Positions 1 to 14,500 of a DNA stretch of 64,000 nt are shown piece after piece; within the stretch, counting starts at the first letter, position 1, and every line of letters begins with the position of its first letter. This DNA is from the human T2T-CHM13v2.0 reference genome, Homo sapiens. The position numbers and the translations under genes are program-made. Under the pieces are notes generated by a model, which had not been told where the DNA came from, searched no databases, and saw only the letters and a list, made by a program, of their open reading frames with translations. The stretch lies in the NCBI RefSeq assembly GCF_009914755.1, contig NC_060930.1, one strand, 5' to 3'.

Positions 1-978
1 TGTAACAAAAAGGTGTTTTAAAAAGATAAGTAGAGAGGCCATCCTACAAAATTTCATGGCTGACAATGGTAAAAAAGATGCAGAAAAGGACCATCTGGCC
101 TGAAAAATTCAGCCGGGGTCGGGGGAGGGGGTCCCGCAGCAGAGGCCAGGCCTTCAAGGATGGGGATCCTCTTCTGTCTTCCTTTTCTCAAAATGTTTGT
201 TGGATGATGGACTTAATTTTAAAACCCCAAGTCACTGCGGTTTAGCCAGCTATGGATGATGAAAGCACTACAATCATTGAAACTGACAAGGAGGCAGTTT
301 CCTTCAAAAATACGAAAACTGTACGCAGAGTACATGGAGAAAAATGTGACACAAGCATTTGGACACACTACTAAACAACAACATGGGACAATATAGACAA
401 CAATTGGAAATACACTTTGAGGAGGTAAAAAGTTCAGTATTCACTGGCTTCCTTTTGGAGGTTGTTAAATTGCTGAAATTCAAATAAAAGTCATTGAGCC
501 ATTGTGTCTGTCAGCTGTGCCTCTATCTCACCCCCGGGTGGGTGGAGGTCCCCCTGGCTTTATTCTCTGTGTTGTTGCTGCAGATCCAGATTCAGGATTC
601 CGCCCTGAAGGTCTGCGTTCCCTCCCGAGACAGCCTCTGTTTCAAAATGCACAGCCATTCTTGACAGACAAGAAAGGGATGTTGAAAAACAAGTCATGCT
701 TTGGATTCGTGTGGCTTTGAGATACAGAACGAATGAATTATTTCCTGCCTGGCCCAGAACACTTTGCCTCGGTACAGGAGTGTCAAGGCAGAGTGGGTGG
801 GGAAGATGAAGGGTGAGGGAAGCAATTGCAATTAAAATCCATAAGGAGCCGGAGAAGGTGGTGCTCATAGATGGATCCCCTAACTGAGTTTAGAGGGCAC
901 AGGAGGAGGCGAAGGGAAGCAGTCTTTCATATATGTGACTTAGGAAATATATAAGGATTGTGTATTTTACGGCACTTA

Positions 979-1761
979 TGAGATGGGATAATTCCTTGAC
1001 TCTTTCATGGGTAGGAACTGGAGTGCACCTCTGGGTCCAGTTGGCCACTTCAGCACTAGCAGGGACGAACTTCAATCACTTGAACCTGCTGGACTCAACC
1101 CCTCATGGGAGGGAGCACATAGGCGAGTGGGTGCTGGGACCCTGGCAAGGGCTTTTGGGCTCCAGACCCACAGCAGCATCTAGGGTTGCATTACAATTAA
1201 TGCTCTTTTAGCTTTGCCGTCCACAGATGGCTTAAGTGTTAAACAGCTCAGTGAAGAGTCAGTGTGACAGCCTTTATGGGTTCCCACATCCAGTGCATGC
1301 TGAATTCTTGTCCAGCGTCCAGGAAGAATCGGGCCACACAAATGGTTTGAAAGGTGATGAATGCAGAGGATTTTATTAAGTGGTGGAAGTGGCTCTCAGC
1401 AGAAGGGGAGCTGGAAGTGGGATGGAGCAGGGAGAAGGTTATCTTTCCCTGAAGCCCGGCCATCTGCAGCCAGGCTCCTCTCTGAAGCTGTGCCGTCTGA
1501 AGTTAAGCCACATCTATCCATAGTCTCTGATGCTCAGCTGCTTCTTCTCTCAACGTTCAGCCACTTGTCTCTTTGCCAGCTGAGGCCTGGGGTTTATATA
1601 GGCACAGGATAGGGGGTGGGGTGGGCCAAAAGGTAACATTTGGGCAAGAAAACAGGGATAACTGTTCTCATTTAGGGCTATGGTTTCCAGGCTTGAGGGT
1701 GGGGACTTGCCAGGGAACTGCCCTCTTCTGCCCAGTATTTCCCTGCCTCCTGTCCATATCA
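979..1761 (-). mobile_element. Solo ERV1 LTR, LTR1-like family (~783 bp, apparently full length)
   Basis: Minus strand starts TGATATGGACAGGAGGCAGGGAAATACTGGGCAGAAGAGGGC and ends ...CCCATCTCA (TG...CA termini); TATA-like CCTATATAAACCCC and AATAAA on the minus strand; matches recalled LTR1-family consensus. Confidence 0.8.
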
Positions 1762-4255
1762 ATTTGATATTTTTTGTGACACAGGTAGATAATTATCATA
1801 ATCTGAAAAATAGCTTTCCATTGCAGGGGAAAGGGTTTGAGGTTCTGTCAACAACCCATGGACCTCTGGTCTATAGAATGAACAAAGAAATAATGTCATA
1901 TAGATAAGCTACCTTGAGCCTTCTGGCAATTTCAGACTGTTTATAAATGTCTTGCTAAACTGTGAGGCCTACAAGGACGTAGGCTATGCCCGTCTTGCCT
2001 GCCATTACTTACCCAGCCTGGCACACAGCAAACACTCCGGTAATAGTGGTCACGCCAAAAAGTTATGACCACTTGGTGTCACTCAGCTTCCAGACTTTGT
2101 TACCTTACCAAGCCCGCTCCCACCTTCTGCTAACCTCCTGACCTTCGGAAGAAACCACCAATTCTGCAGTGGGCTCTGCACGCTCCCCAACTCTCAGCAG
2201 CAGTGTTGGTTAAACGAGTGAACATTCTGGTCTCTTCTATGAGCAGACCCAGGGGGTCAGCTGAGTCTCAAGTGTACACAAGGAGAAAGACATCCATGGG
2301 ATAGCAGGGAGTTAGTGACACCAGCGCCCACAGGGCATCATGAACTCCACCTGGAGTCAACTCAGTGCTCTGCTGTCAAACTCCCCACAAGAAATGACAA
2401 GTTTGTGTCCTACAGCATCAATGCAAGGAGCCTGCCACCTACCAGGCAATTTCCAGCTGTCACTCATAGCTCAGCTCCTTGTAAATCTACTGCTAATGAG
2501 TTTATCTTGATTCTTCATGGACCTATTTAAGAATTCAGCTCTTCAATTTCATGGGGTATTTGCTGAGAGCAACAGACACTAGGAGAGGCCATGGTCTCTA
2601 CTTCTTGCAGGAATTCTCTTAGGTTTTCTGCAAAGTGGGGAGCAGGGCTTGCCCTGTCTACTTCAGCCATACCCAGATAGCTTCCATCTCCCTTTGTGAG
2701 GCCAAAGGTTTTATCCTACCTGCATATGGAAAATCATTTTCCCTTTAAGTTTGCGGGTGCTTTTTGCCCAGATAAGCTTGCCTCAGGGTCCGGAGATGCT
2801 GCTCTTTATCACAGTTACTGGGTCCCATCTCCCCTCTCTGGGAAGCCCCTCATCTTCTCATGCAGATCTCACCAGAACTTGATTCCTGCAGGGGCTCCCT
2901 GCTGCACCAGCCCCACCGTCCCCAGCACCCAGCGTGTCTCCACCTGCGTGATTCAGTGAAGGCCCATCTCCTCCCAGGCTCAGACTCACAGTGGCAGAAA
3001 CCATGGCTGGTTTTGAAGACAGATTTAACGCCAGCTCCGCATACCAAGCCTGAAACAGAAGAAGTGCTGGCAATATCTGTGGAGTGACAAAGTGCTGCAC
3101 ATTGCATTACCTCACAACGTCACAACTGCAGGATAGATTCCTGTCTGACTTTCTCCTTTGTGTCACGTCCCTATAAAAAATTAGTTGCACCTTCTCTTGG
3201 CTTTTTGACATAGGATGTATCTTCCACTGGCTTTTTTAAATAATAAATTCTGGGGCGACCTAGCATTCCTTTGGCTTTTAATAAAGTGTTTTAGAATGTC
3301 TCCAGGTTCCTTGTGGGCCTTTAGTTTTGAACATTTCACCATTTTCCCCCAGCTAATCCCCGTGTCGTGCTGCCCCTCACCCGCGACCCTACACGTTTCC
3401 CCTCTGCTTCTGTTCAACGCTTTCTGAAGATGAGAGCTTAGAGCACTTAATTATTGATGATCCTATTTCTCCTCATGCAAATTTCATCAATTCACAGAGA
3501 TACCAATTGTAGCTCCTGGGCAAATCTGATATTTTCTTAATGTTCAGCAATGTAGCAGAGGGCCACAGCTGTTCTGTCACTGACGCTGGGAAAAGGAGGG
3601 GGCAGGGCCAGCGCTCTGCTTCACCTGGAGAGAAAGAGAAAAATCCCCATTATTTCAGCACTGACTCACATTTACCAGAGGCCCCCACAGATGGGCTGAG
3701 CTGGCCTAGGATGTCCCACTGCCCCTAGGACACCCTGAAGCCCTGACGGGGGCAGGGAGCAGGGGCTCCTGAACTTTATTTCATTACTGTGAGTGCTGCA
3801 CGGCCTGATGAGGGACACCTTGCCCGGCTGGAGGGGGACTGTGGAATAAGGAAAGCAGTAAGAGCTCTCAGGGTGGGCGGCCGAGGGCTAGGTCCGCATG
3901 AGCCACCAGCTCTGAGCAAGGCTTAGAACTTCGCCACCATCACACCTCGTAAACTGTCCTGCTTTGGAAAAGTGGACTTGTGCAGGACTGAAGCTTGCTC
4001 AGCCAAGGGAAGGACAGAGGAACTACCTGACCCATTCTTAATTTGTCTGTTTCAGAAACACTAGGTTGTTCCAGGGTGGTCTACACTCCTAACATTTCAG
4101 AAACTGAACCACACCCACAAGAAACGAATGGGCCTCTCCAAGCATATATTTAGGGAAAGGGCATATAAACTAGATTACAGCGTGGAGGTACTCATTATTG
4201 ATAAGAAGTGACTTAAAGTTTTTATAACAGAAAAGTGGAAGATGAAGCTCAGCAA

Positions 4256-4360
4256 ATATATGTCTGTGTGTGTATGCACACACGCATGTAAGTATATATA
4301 TGCACACACACATATATACACACAAACACACATATGCACACACACATATGCTAATATATA
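4256..4360. repeat. Mixed (TA)/(TG)/(CA) microsatellite
   Basis: Alternating purine-pyrimidine dinucleotide tract visible directly. Confidence 0.85.
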
Positions 4361-4966
4361 TTCACGGAAGAAAAGAGCATTAATAGAACATAAGGGCCCC
4401 AAGAACTGCTAACTTAGCGGCACAGATGGTATATCCAAACTGGCGTGTTCTCACTTTGTTATATTAGAAACCCAGCCATGGCTGCGCGATGGATAATATC
4501 ACACATTCTGCTGAGCTCCACAACCAACATTTCTATGGGCTTGTCAGGAAAATGCCCTTCCATATGCAGGAGGAGCCATTGCCGCTGGCGTCTGGGGTTA
4601 CCTGGCAGGCATGCCTACTGTAAGCTGAGTCGTCAACCTTCAGATGGATAGTAAGGAAATTTAACCCACAAAGACCTTGTGGATATCCAGGAATACATGG
4701 GTTCTTCATAAATAAAGACACCCAGCTTCCAGTCCCATTATTATTTCTGTGGAAATTTAAGCAAGTCTTTAATGCCTGTTTACTAATCAGTGAGTGAGGG
4801 TGCTGGCAGCTCCAGTGGCTCAGCTGACTATTGATGCTTATTAGGGGACACTGCAGGGGGAAGTGCCTTCATAAAGACATAGCCACATCCCTGTGGGTTT
4901 GTGATGGGATGCCGGTGGCATTAGGCACAGCCAGAGAGTGCTGACATCCTGCAAGATAAAGAAATC

Positions 4967-5266
4967 AGTTGGGCGCGGTGGCTCACGCCTGTAATCCCAG
5001 CACTTTGGGAGGCCGAGGCAGGCGGATCACGAGATCAGGAGATCGAGACCATCCTGGCTCACACGGTGAAACCCTGTCTCTACTAAAAAGACAAAAAAAA
5101 AATTAGCCAGGCGTGGTGGCAGGTGCCTATAGTCCCAGCTACTCAGGATGTTGAGGCAGGAGAATGGCGTGAACCCGGGAGGTGGAGCTTGCAGTGAACC
5201 AAGATCGTGCCACTTCACTCCAGCCAGGGCGACAGAGTGAGACTCCGTCTCAAAAAAAAAAAAAAA
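4967..5266 (+). mobile_element. AluY SINE, full length
   Basis: AluY-type diagnostics GAGATCGAGACCATCCTGGCT and GAATGGCGTGAACCCGGGAGG..GAGCTTGCAGTG; poly(A) tail; flanking TSD AAAGAAATC. Confidence 0.93.
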
Positions 5267-6660
5267 GAAATCTTACTCTATGCAGACTCAATGCACAGAA
5301 ACCTGGGCTAGACAGTGAGAGTCCCCTGGGAACTGAACAGGCCAGAATGAAAAGAATCAGTGTCCCATTACCTGAAAGTGGAAGGTGAGACGTCTAAGCA
5401 GACGCCCTCTGGGGCTCGGAGGTCTGCTCCAAGGCCAGCCTGGTGTGGTGAGTCCCTGCACTAGTCGGTTTGAGCTGCTTGTACATCATGGTGTGGTTCC
5501 TCGAACTCAGAACCCCGTGCAAGTCTCGGTGCATGGTGGACGCTCAGCATGTGTTGAGTTGCAGGTGAACTGGAGATGGAGAGAAGGCCACACTGCGCCT
5601 TCCACAGGATGTGGGAGTGGCAGGGATGCCCAGGGCAGCACCCGCCTTCCACCTCCCTGCATTGGGCCCAAACACTTGCATTGAGGAGATCCTCCTTAGA
5701 AGATATTGGGGTGCGGAATCTGTGCAGTCAGGAGTTGGGCTGAAGAAGACAAGGGGAGTTGACAATAAGAGTGACAGCAAGAGAAACAGCAGCCACCTGG
5801 AAGCCCCCATGAGCCAGGGTCCCCGGGACACAGCCAGTGGCACTGTGACCTCGGGCAGCCACATCCCCACCTGCCACTGATGGTCACCCTGATTTGGGCC
5901 TCACCCAGGCTTCTGGGGAGTCTGGCTGGGGGTCTCCTCTGAGCTCACTGACAGTCCCTCCATGTTGGTGTTCGCAGCTTCTGAAGCTGCTGGAAGGGGC
6001 ACCTGCCCGGGATTTGCTTCCAGAGCCTTTGTGCCCAAGTCCCTGTCATGAAGTATGTCTCCAGATGTCCACCAGGCTGCATGGCCTTGGGAGCATGGAG
6101 TCTGCAGGCCCTGGGGCTTTGCCTGTGGGGGCTGTGTGTGTTCCATGCTGAAGGTGGGAAAATGCCCCCCTCTCCATGGGGTTGCACTTTGTACCGGGGG
6201 CTCAGAGTCCCCCAGAGACCTGCTTCCTCCTACAGCCCCTTTCCATGGGGTCCAGATAGGGGCTCTTGAGGTCAGGCCAGGACGCCCGTCTCTAGGGCAG
6301 ACCTCAAGCCATGTCCCGACTTTAACTCTCCCCATGCACCACACAACCCTTCCTACTCATCCAGGCAAACCCTCCTAAAAGTTAACTCCAGTGGGGCCAA
6401 GCTCGACTCCAGACACCCAAGAGGGCTCACACCACCTGAGGACCTCCTCCCTGCTAGGTAGACTTGAACAAAGGATGTAGGGGCTAATATACACTCATTC
6501 AGTCAAGGGGCATGGACAGTTATCAACGCACTGTGTATAAATGCACACATAATGAGTTGCATTTGTGGAATGATTCATAGTTCACACAGTAGTCTCGCAT
6601 ACTGACCTGTTTGACAAGTATTCATGCCTTGTGAGTTCTGACTGCCCTGTGGTATAAGCA

Positions 6661-7115
6661 TGTAAACTAAAAATAAAATCCTAAGCCCCCCAACTGACTG
6701 AACAGATTCCCTCTTGGCCAGGAGGACCCCAGAGAAACCTTAGAAACTGAGTTCCTGGCCATGATGGGACAGGAGGTCAGACGTGCATCTTCATACCCCT
6801 CCCTTTTGGATATTAGACACAGCAATGGCCCAGCACTAATGTTAAAATAGAGACCATAGGACCGATGGAGCAGACCCTTTGTGGCACTAAGATAACAAAT
6901 TATAAACAGGACCTAAGTTCATACCAGGCAAGGGTTAAGTCACACACCCTACTCTTACAAATTACTCTGTGTTCTAACTGCCACAAGGATATTATTTTTT
7001 TTTTAGCAGTAAAACAGGCACTGCCCTCAAGATAAGCAAGATTAAAACAATGGCCGCTTCCCAGCCTTCAGCATGGCCACCTTGCAGGCTGTAACCCTTT
7101 GTAAGAAATAAAGTC
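6661..7115 (+). mobile_element. MER4-group ERV1 LTR (MER4B/C/D-like), partial
   Basis: Begins TGTAAACTAAAAATAAAATCCTAAGCCCCCCAAC, the recalled MER4-group LTR 5' end; internal GGCAAGGGTTAAGTCAC and GAAATAAAGTC. Confidence 0.75.
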
Positions 7116-8856
7116 ATCGTGGTCTCTCATCTCAGTTTGGAATGTGGCACCTGCTGAATCTTGGTGACAATCAAAATTCTTACTGCACCATCTTGGTGCC
7201 CATTCAGTGGGGAAGATTGGCTCCTCGTAGCAAAATGGAAGGAGAGGAAGTAAGAAGGAATGGATATTGAGCAGATAAAACCAAAAGGTCTGACTTAGGG
7301 CAGAGGCACCACTCTGGGCCTACATGGCTCTGCCTTTCCATCAAACTTGTAACTGGAACCGCAGATAAATATCCCCAAAGATCTCACTGTGTATTTCTCC
7401 ATCTGGCAACTGCAAGCTCAATTACCAGGCCAAAGCCTGCAGAGGAAGCCTGAAGTTCAAACATCATGGGTAGGGCAAGGGAGGGGGCGGTTAATCGGGT
7501 GTAAAGGAATGAAGGTCACCTTGTGCTGCCTTCCTCCATTCACATTCTGCTTACCCATGAAATATTCCTAAATTGAATAACCTCATTACATCTTTTTTTC
7601 CTGTTGTGAAAATAATTGTCCTTAAAGGTAGTAGACAATCTCAGAAGAGAGTCATGGTTCATGTTTTAAAGCCCAAAAAGGAGGGGGAATAGAGCCTTGG
7701 GCAGAGGGTAAGAGTTTGGAGAGTAGTAGTTGAGGGAAGAAGTCCGTGAACAAATGTGGCTAAGCTCTTTAAGTCCCTAAGAAAGGTAGATGGAGCCAAT
7801 TCAACCATCTTCCAAAACAAGGGATTTGCAACTCATTGAAAGATGGGGATCATTTATGTCCACACTTTCATTCAAAATCTGAGCTACAATAAATGGATCT
7901 GGGATGAAATGAAAACCTTTCATTAAATATATTTTCAAAACAGGCGTGAAAGACGCTGAACAAATCCCTGTCAGCTGCACAGGTGTCTTTGTAACACATT
8001 GCCAGTTAGCGTGACAATGCACGGGAAGCAGCTATGCTCCAGGTTGTGCTCCAGCTGCTCAGCATTGACCCTGCCCCATGCCCTCTGAAGAAGCAGCTTT
8101 GCCGAAAGTGGAGGGCCAGCAAAGAAGGAAACTGAAAGCAGGTGTCCAGGTGAGCAAGCACTTCCTTGGGGAGATGGGAATTGTAGTTGAAAACTCTGGA
8201 CTTCTACTTAAGGAAAAGGGAGAGATTTCCCAGTGTGGAATGACGTTCCATGGCACAGGCTGTGTTCACCCCATGGCACCCCTCAGGAACCAGGGTGCTT
8301 TGAATGTCCCCTGGAAGTTGGCTCAGTTTGTGCAAGGGCTGCTGGGATGAGCTATGGGGCAGATGGGCTGAGGACCACCAGTAACTGAGTTTTAATTGGG
8401 ACCCAAAGTTTCCAGGCTCTGCTTCTTAGAACATGGCCCCAAACAATGGTGGGAGCCCATAGGTTCCCATCAGGGTCCTGAGCAGAGAGAGCCATAGAGT
8501 GGGTGACTTTTATCTGCAGAAGCCCAGCCTTGCTCTTCTCCCCCTCTGTTTCTTGCCTCTCCCTGGTGTATCACGTGTATCAGCACCTTCCTCCAGGTCT
8601 CAAGAAAGACTCCTAGGTCAGTGGAGTGAAAAGAGCTGGGACTTGGAGAGGGAAGACCTGGGCTTGGATCCCAAACCTCACACCAGCTACCCACATTACC
8701 TCAGGCACAGGCTCTCTGAACATCCGAGAATGAAGATAGCTACAGCCCACCGACCTCACAGGGTGAGGGAAGATCAGAGTCCTGATCTCCGAATTCACTG
8801 ATGAACTCTAGAGCGCTGCCATGTTCTAGGTACCAGGATCCCACAGTGGTGTAGGT

Positions 8857-9234
8857 GTGCCTAAGCCACTGGGGCTGCTGTAAAAACACAATGCCTGGGG
8901 GCTTAAACAACAGACGTGTGCATGTCACAGCTCTGGAGGCCCAACTCAAGGCACCTACTGTGTCGGTTTTTTCTGAGGTCTCTCTGCTTGGCTTGTAGAC
9001 ACCAACTTCTCCCTGTCTCTTTACATCATCTTCCCTCTGTATCTTCTCTGTCCCAATCTGTGTCATATGGCTCTGTCTTATGAAGACGTAGCCATATCAG
9101 ACCTGCCCCAGTGACCTCACTTTAACTTGACTACTTTTGGAAAGAAACCATCTCCAAATAAGGTCCCACTCTGAGCTACTGAGGGTTAGGGCTTCAACAT
9201 ATGGATTTGGGGGGACACAATTCAAAGTGTAACA
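8857..9234 (-). mobile_element. MLT1A/B-like MaLR LTR
   Basis: GGCTTAAACAACAGA...CTCTGGAGGC...CCAAATAAGGTC...GGGGGACACAATTCA..TAACA, the reverse complement of the MLT1 pattern. Confidence 0.8.
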
Positions 9235-9324
9235 GAATGGATTTGCCTCTCTTTCTTCTCCCAGCACTACTGCATGCCATCCTGTTTCTTCATGAAAAGC
9301 TGGAAGTCATTCCTAGCTCTACAG

Positions 9325-9490
9325 CTGTGGGTCCCAATCTTGGAGGCTGTTAGAATCTTTGAGGGAGTTTTAAAAATGTGATGCCCAAGCCACATGCAGA
9401 CCAGGTAAATCAGAACCCTTAGGAGTGGGGTCCAGGCATGGGCACATTTCAGAGCTCCCCAAGGGGCAAATCTGAGACCTAATGCCTTAA
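9325..9490. mobile_element. MER5A-like hAT-Charlie MITE fragment
   Basis: TTAGAATC...TTAAAAATG..ATGCCCA...AAATCAGAA..GGGGTCCAGGCAT...AGCTCCCCA pattern. Confidence 0.6.
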
Positions 9491-10311
9491 AAGGACTTGC
9501 GGGGTGAGAGTGATTAAATGTTGACATATCAGAGCTCCTCTCCTGAGGGCTTCTGCTTTGCTACGTGGCTCTGCTCAGGAGCCCAGTTAGGCTCTGCTCA
9601 GGAGCCTGATTAGGCCTGACATGGGTCAAAAAATTAGAGCAAAAGCTGGAAAATTGTCTCCATAATGAAATGAACTATGTTTATAACAGCAGTGCCCTTG
9701 GAGGAGAGAGATGCTCATTCCAGTGTCTAGCACTAGAGAACGGGGGTGAGCTGTCCAAGCAGAAACCGGATCAAGGACGACGTCTCAGACATCATGCAGG
9801 AGAACTCTCTCTTCTGTAGTCTTATCAGCAAATGCATTATGCTCTTTAGGGCGGCTCTTTGGTGACAAGCATTGAGACTATAAGCACCATATGGAACAAG
9901 ATGATGAGGGCCCCTGGCAAGACGCTTGTGAGATTGCGCCAGCCTTTGGGGCTAGAGTAAGGCTCCCTCAATGGGGTATGTGAAAGGGACTGGCTGTTCA
10001 CCAGCACCAGAGAACCTGGAGTTTGAAAACCCAGATCCTGAAATATTTTCTGGTATCTGGGCCCCTGAATCTATCCTGATTTTCAGTACATCTTTTTGAA
10101 AGTTTTGGTGATGTTACCTGCCTTAAAATGGGACAAAGAGGCATTTTTGTTCACTCTTGGACCAGGGCTTGAAAGGGAGCCCTGTACTCTTGGGACCTGT
10201 AGGAGGGCTGCAGGAGGAACAGGGAGAAAGCCCGTCCTTGAAACCCCCAGAGGATGAGGGCACTGCTGGGCCAAACCTTGCTCCTCAGACATGTGTTCTC
10301 CTCCCATCTGG

Positions 10312-12462
<2,151 letters not shown>

Positions 12463-12476
12463 CAGAGAGAACTTTC

Positions 12477-12730
12477 AACATGCCAAGTACAGTTCTGTGC
12501 CCATAGATGAGGGAGTGAGCAAGATAGACTAAGTTCTTGTGCTCTTGAAGCTAATATTTTACTGGAACAGACATACAATGAGTAAGCTAACAAATCAATA
12601 TACAACAGCTTCAGGTGTTAAGAAGTACTATGAAGAATGATGAAATTAGGTAAATTAATAGAGAGAGGGCAGGCAGGAATGGGAGCATCCCACTTTCTCT
12701 ACAGTGATCAGAGAAGACCTGAATAAAAAG
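12477..12730 (-). mobile_element. L2 LINE 3' fragment (its 3' end continues to ~12105 across the Alu)
   Basis: CATTCAAC...[Alu]...ATGCCAAGTACAGTTCTG...GTGAGCAAGATAGAC resembles the reverse complement of the L2 3' end. Confidence 0.6.
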
Positions 12731-13379
12731 GCAGCATAGCTAAAGCAATTGTTTGGCCTTTGCTTCCTTCTTATAAAGAGCGTTGGTGTTTACTTAGCTT
12801 TGCAGCTTGCAAAGCCACCTCAATCCACTGTCTCAGTTTATGCCCACAGTGACCTGGCAGATGGAGGAAAACAGGCGCTGTTCTTTCTATTTTTACAGGT
12901 GATGAAATTGGCACAGAACACCAAAGGATGGAGCTGAGATTCATGCCTGGGCTGCCTCCCCACAATCCCCTCACGTTGAATCCAACCCTGACTTTTGTGT
13001 CCCACCGAGGAAAGAAGAAAGCCACCCACCCCAGTGACCATGGCCTCTAACTGCTCTCTCTGCCTGTGGAAAGCCAGTGGATTGGGCTAGGACACAAATG
13101 CCTTCCATCGATTTTCCTTTCAGCTTTTATTGGGCACTGTTCATGGGACTCTTTAAACATCAGTGTGGTTTCCCATGGCCTTCTGAGGAGCTGTAAAACT
13201 TCTTTCCTTGCCATTCAAGTTCAATTCTGGCCTCAATAGATTCTATCTTGTTTTATGCTTTTAATGGAATTCAAGTTTACAGAATAAAATGAATCATTAT
13301 TCTTGATTCATGATACATGCTCATCCTTGCTCCATACTTGACTCTCCTGCTGTCTTGTATTTTATTTCATTTATTTACT

Positions 13380-14500
13380 AATTTGTTTTTAGTAATATAA
13401 TGAAAACCAAGATTCATACCACTCAACCCAAGAATTTCAGCACTGGCCACTAAAGTCTATATGCCCTTCTGGCTTTATTTCTCCACTCAGACGGGTAGCC
13501 TCCAGCCTGAATCAGGCATTATGGTTCTCTTGATGTTTTTAGTGTACAGTGTTAGCAAGGGTGTGTATGTGTGTGTGAGCCTGAACAATATATTGTTTAG
13601 ATTTGGTAGCTTTGTATTCTTAAAAGCTATTCTCTAAGCTGTAGTTATCACCATTTAGCCTCCATACAGTAGGATCTAAGAATATGGAACTTATTAGAAA
13701 TGCTAATTCTTGAGTCCCACCCCAGACCTACTGAATTGGAAATTCTGATTTGCATTTCTCTGATTACTAATAAGGTTAACAACCTTTTAATTTCCTGACT
13801 GGATGTTTGTGCTTCCTCTTCTCTGAAATGCCTCACAGACATTTGCCGAGAGTTTTTAAGTTGTATTGTTTATCATTTACTGATTGATTTTAGGAGTTCT
13901 TGATGCATTTTTGACAGGAATTCTTTCAGGTTAAATGCATTGAGAATATTGTCTTCCAGGTAATAGCTTCTGTTTTCAATTTCTTTGTGCTGTCTTATGA
14001 TGAGCGGGATTTGTAATTTTCATAGAATCAAGTGTTTTGCTCTTTTTTTGTGGTTGCCACATTTTGAGTCTTCTTTAAGAATTGTTTTCCTTACCCCAAG
14101 GATAGAAACACCTGTATATTTTCTACTAAAGGCTTGAAAGTGTTTGCTTTTGACACATAAGTCCTAAGGCCTTTCAGAATTGCCTTGTATGTGGTATAAA
14201 GTTGGGATCCATGTTCACTGTATTTTCCAAATGAATAGTCACTTTTTCCTGGCTACATTTGTTGAATAGCTCCCCCTTTTCCCCGTGATGTCCTGTGACT
14301 CTTCTGTCAAAAGTTCAAGCTTCACAACTGTGTGTGGTTGTTTTTGGGCCATCTATTCTATTACATCAGCCAATGTGTATATTTTTACACCATCAACAAC
14401 TGCCTTAATTACACTCACTTCATAGTAAATGTTTATATCTGGTAATCAAGTTCCCTTTCCAGATGTGTGTCTACTGTTTCTATTGGAATTTTCATTGAGC
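13380..14500 (-). mobile_element. Old L1M-type LINE fragment(s) with an embedded MER5A fragment (~13660-13750)
   Basis: T-rich antisense L1 motifs (TTGCATTTCTCTGATTACTAAT; TTTGTTGAATAG; CTATTGGAATTTTCATTG); MER5A motif TTAGAAATGCTAATTCTTG..CCCACCCCAGACCTACTGAAT. Confidence 0.65.

Noticed and set aside
114-135. G-rich GGGGTCGGGGGAGGGGG possible G4
   Set aside because: Only three G-tracts, so not a canonical intramolecular G4
1-480. A-rich segment with short open frames that could be a pseudogene or old transposon coding remnant
   Set aside because: Could not match it to any family; frames are short and interrupted
756-786. Androgen-response-element-like AGAACActtTGCCTC and GGTACAggagTGTCAA
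   Set aside because: The first lacks the critical C in its second half-site and the second has a 4-bp spacer; no convincing full ARE found by eye
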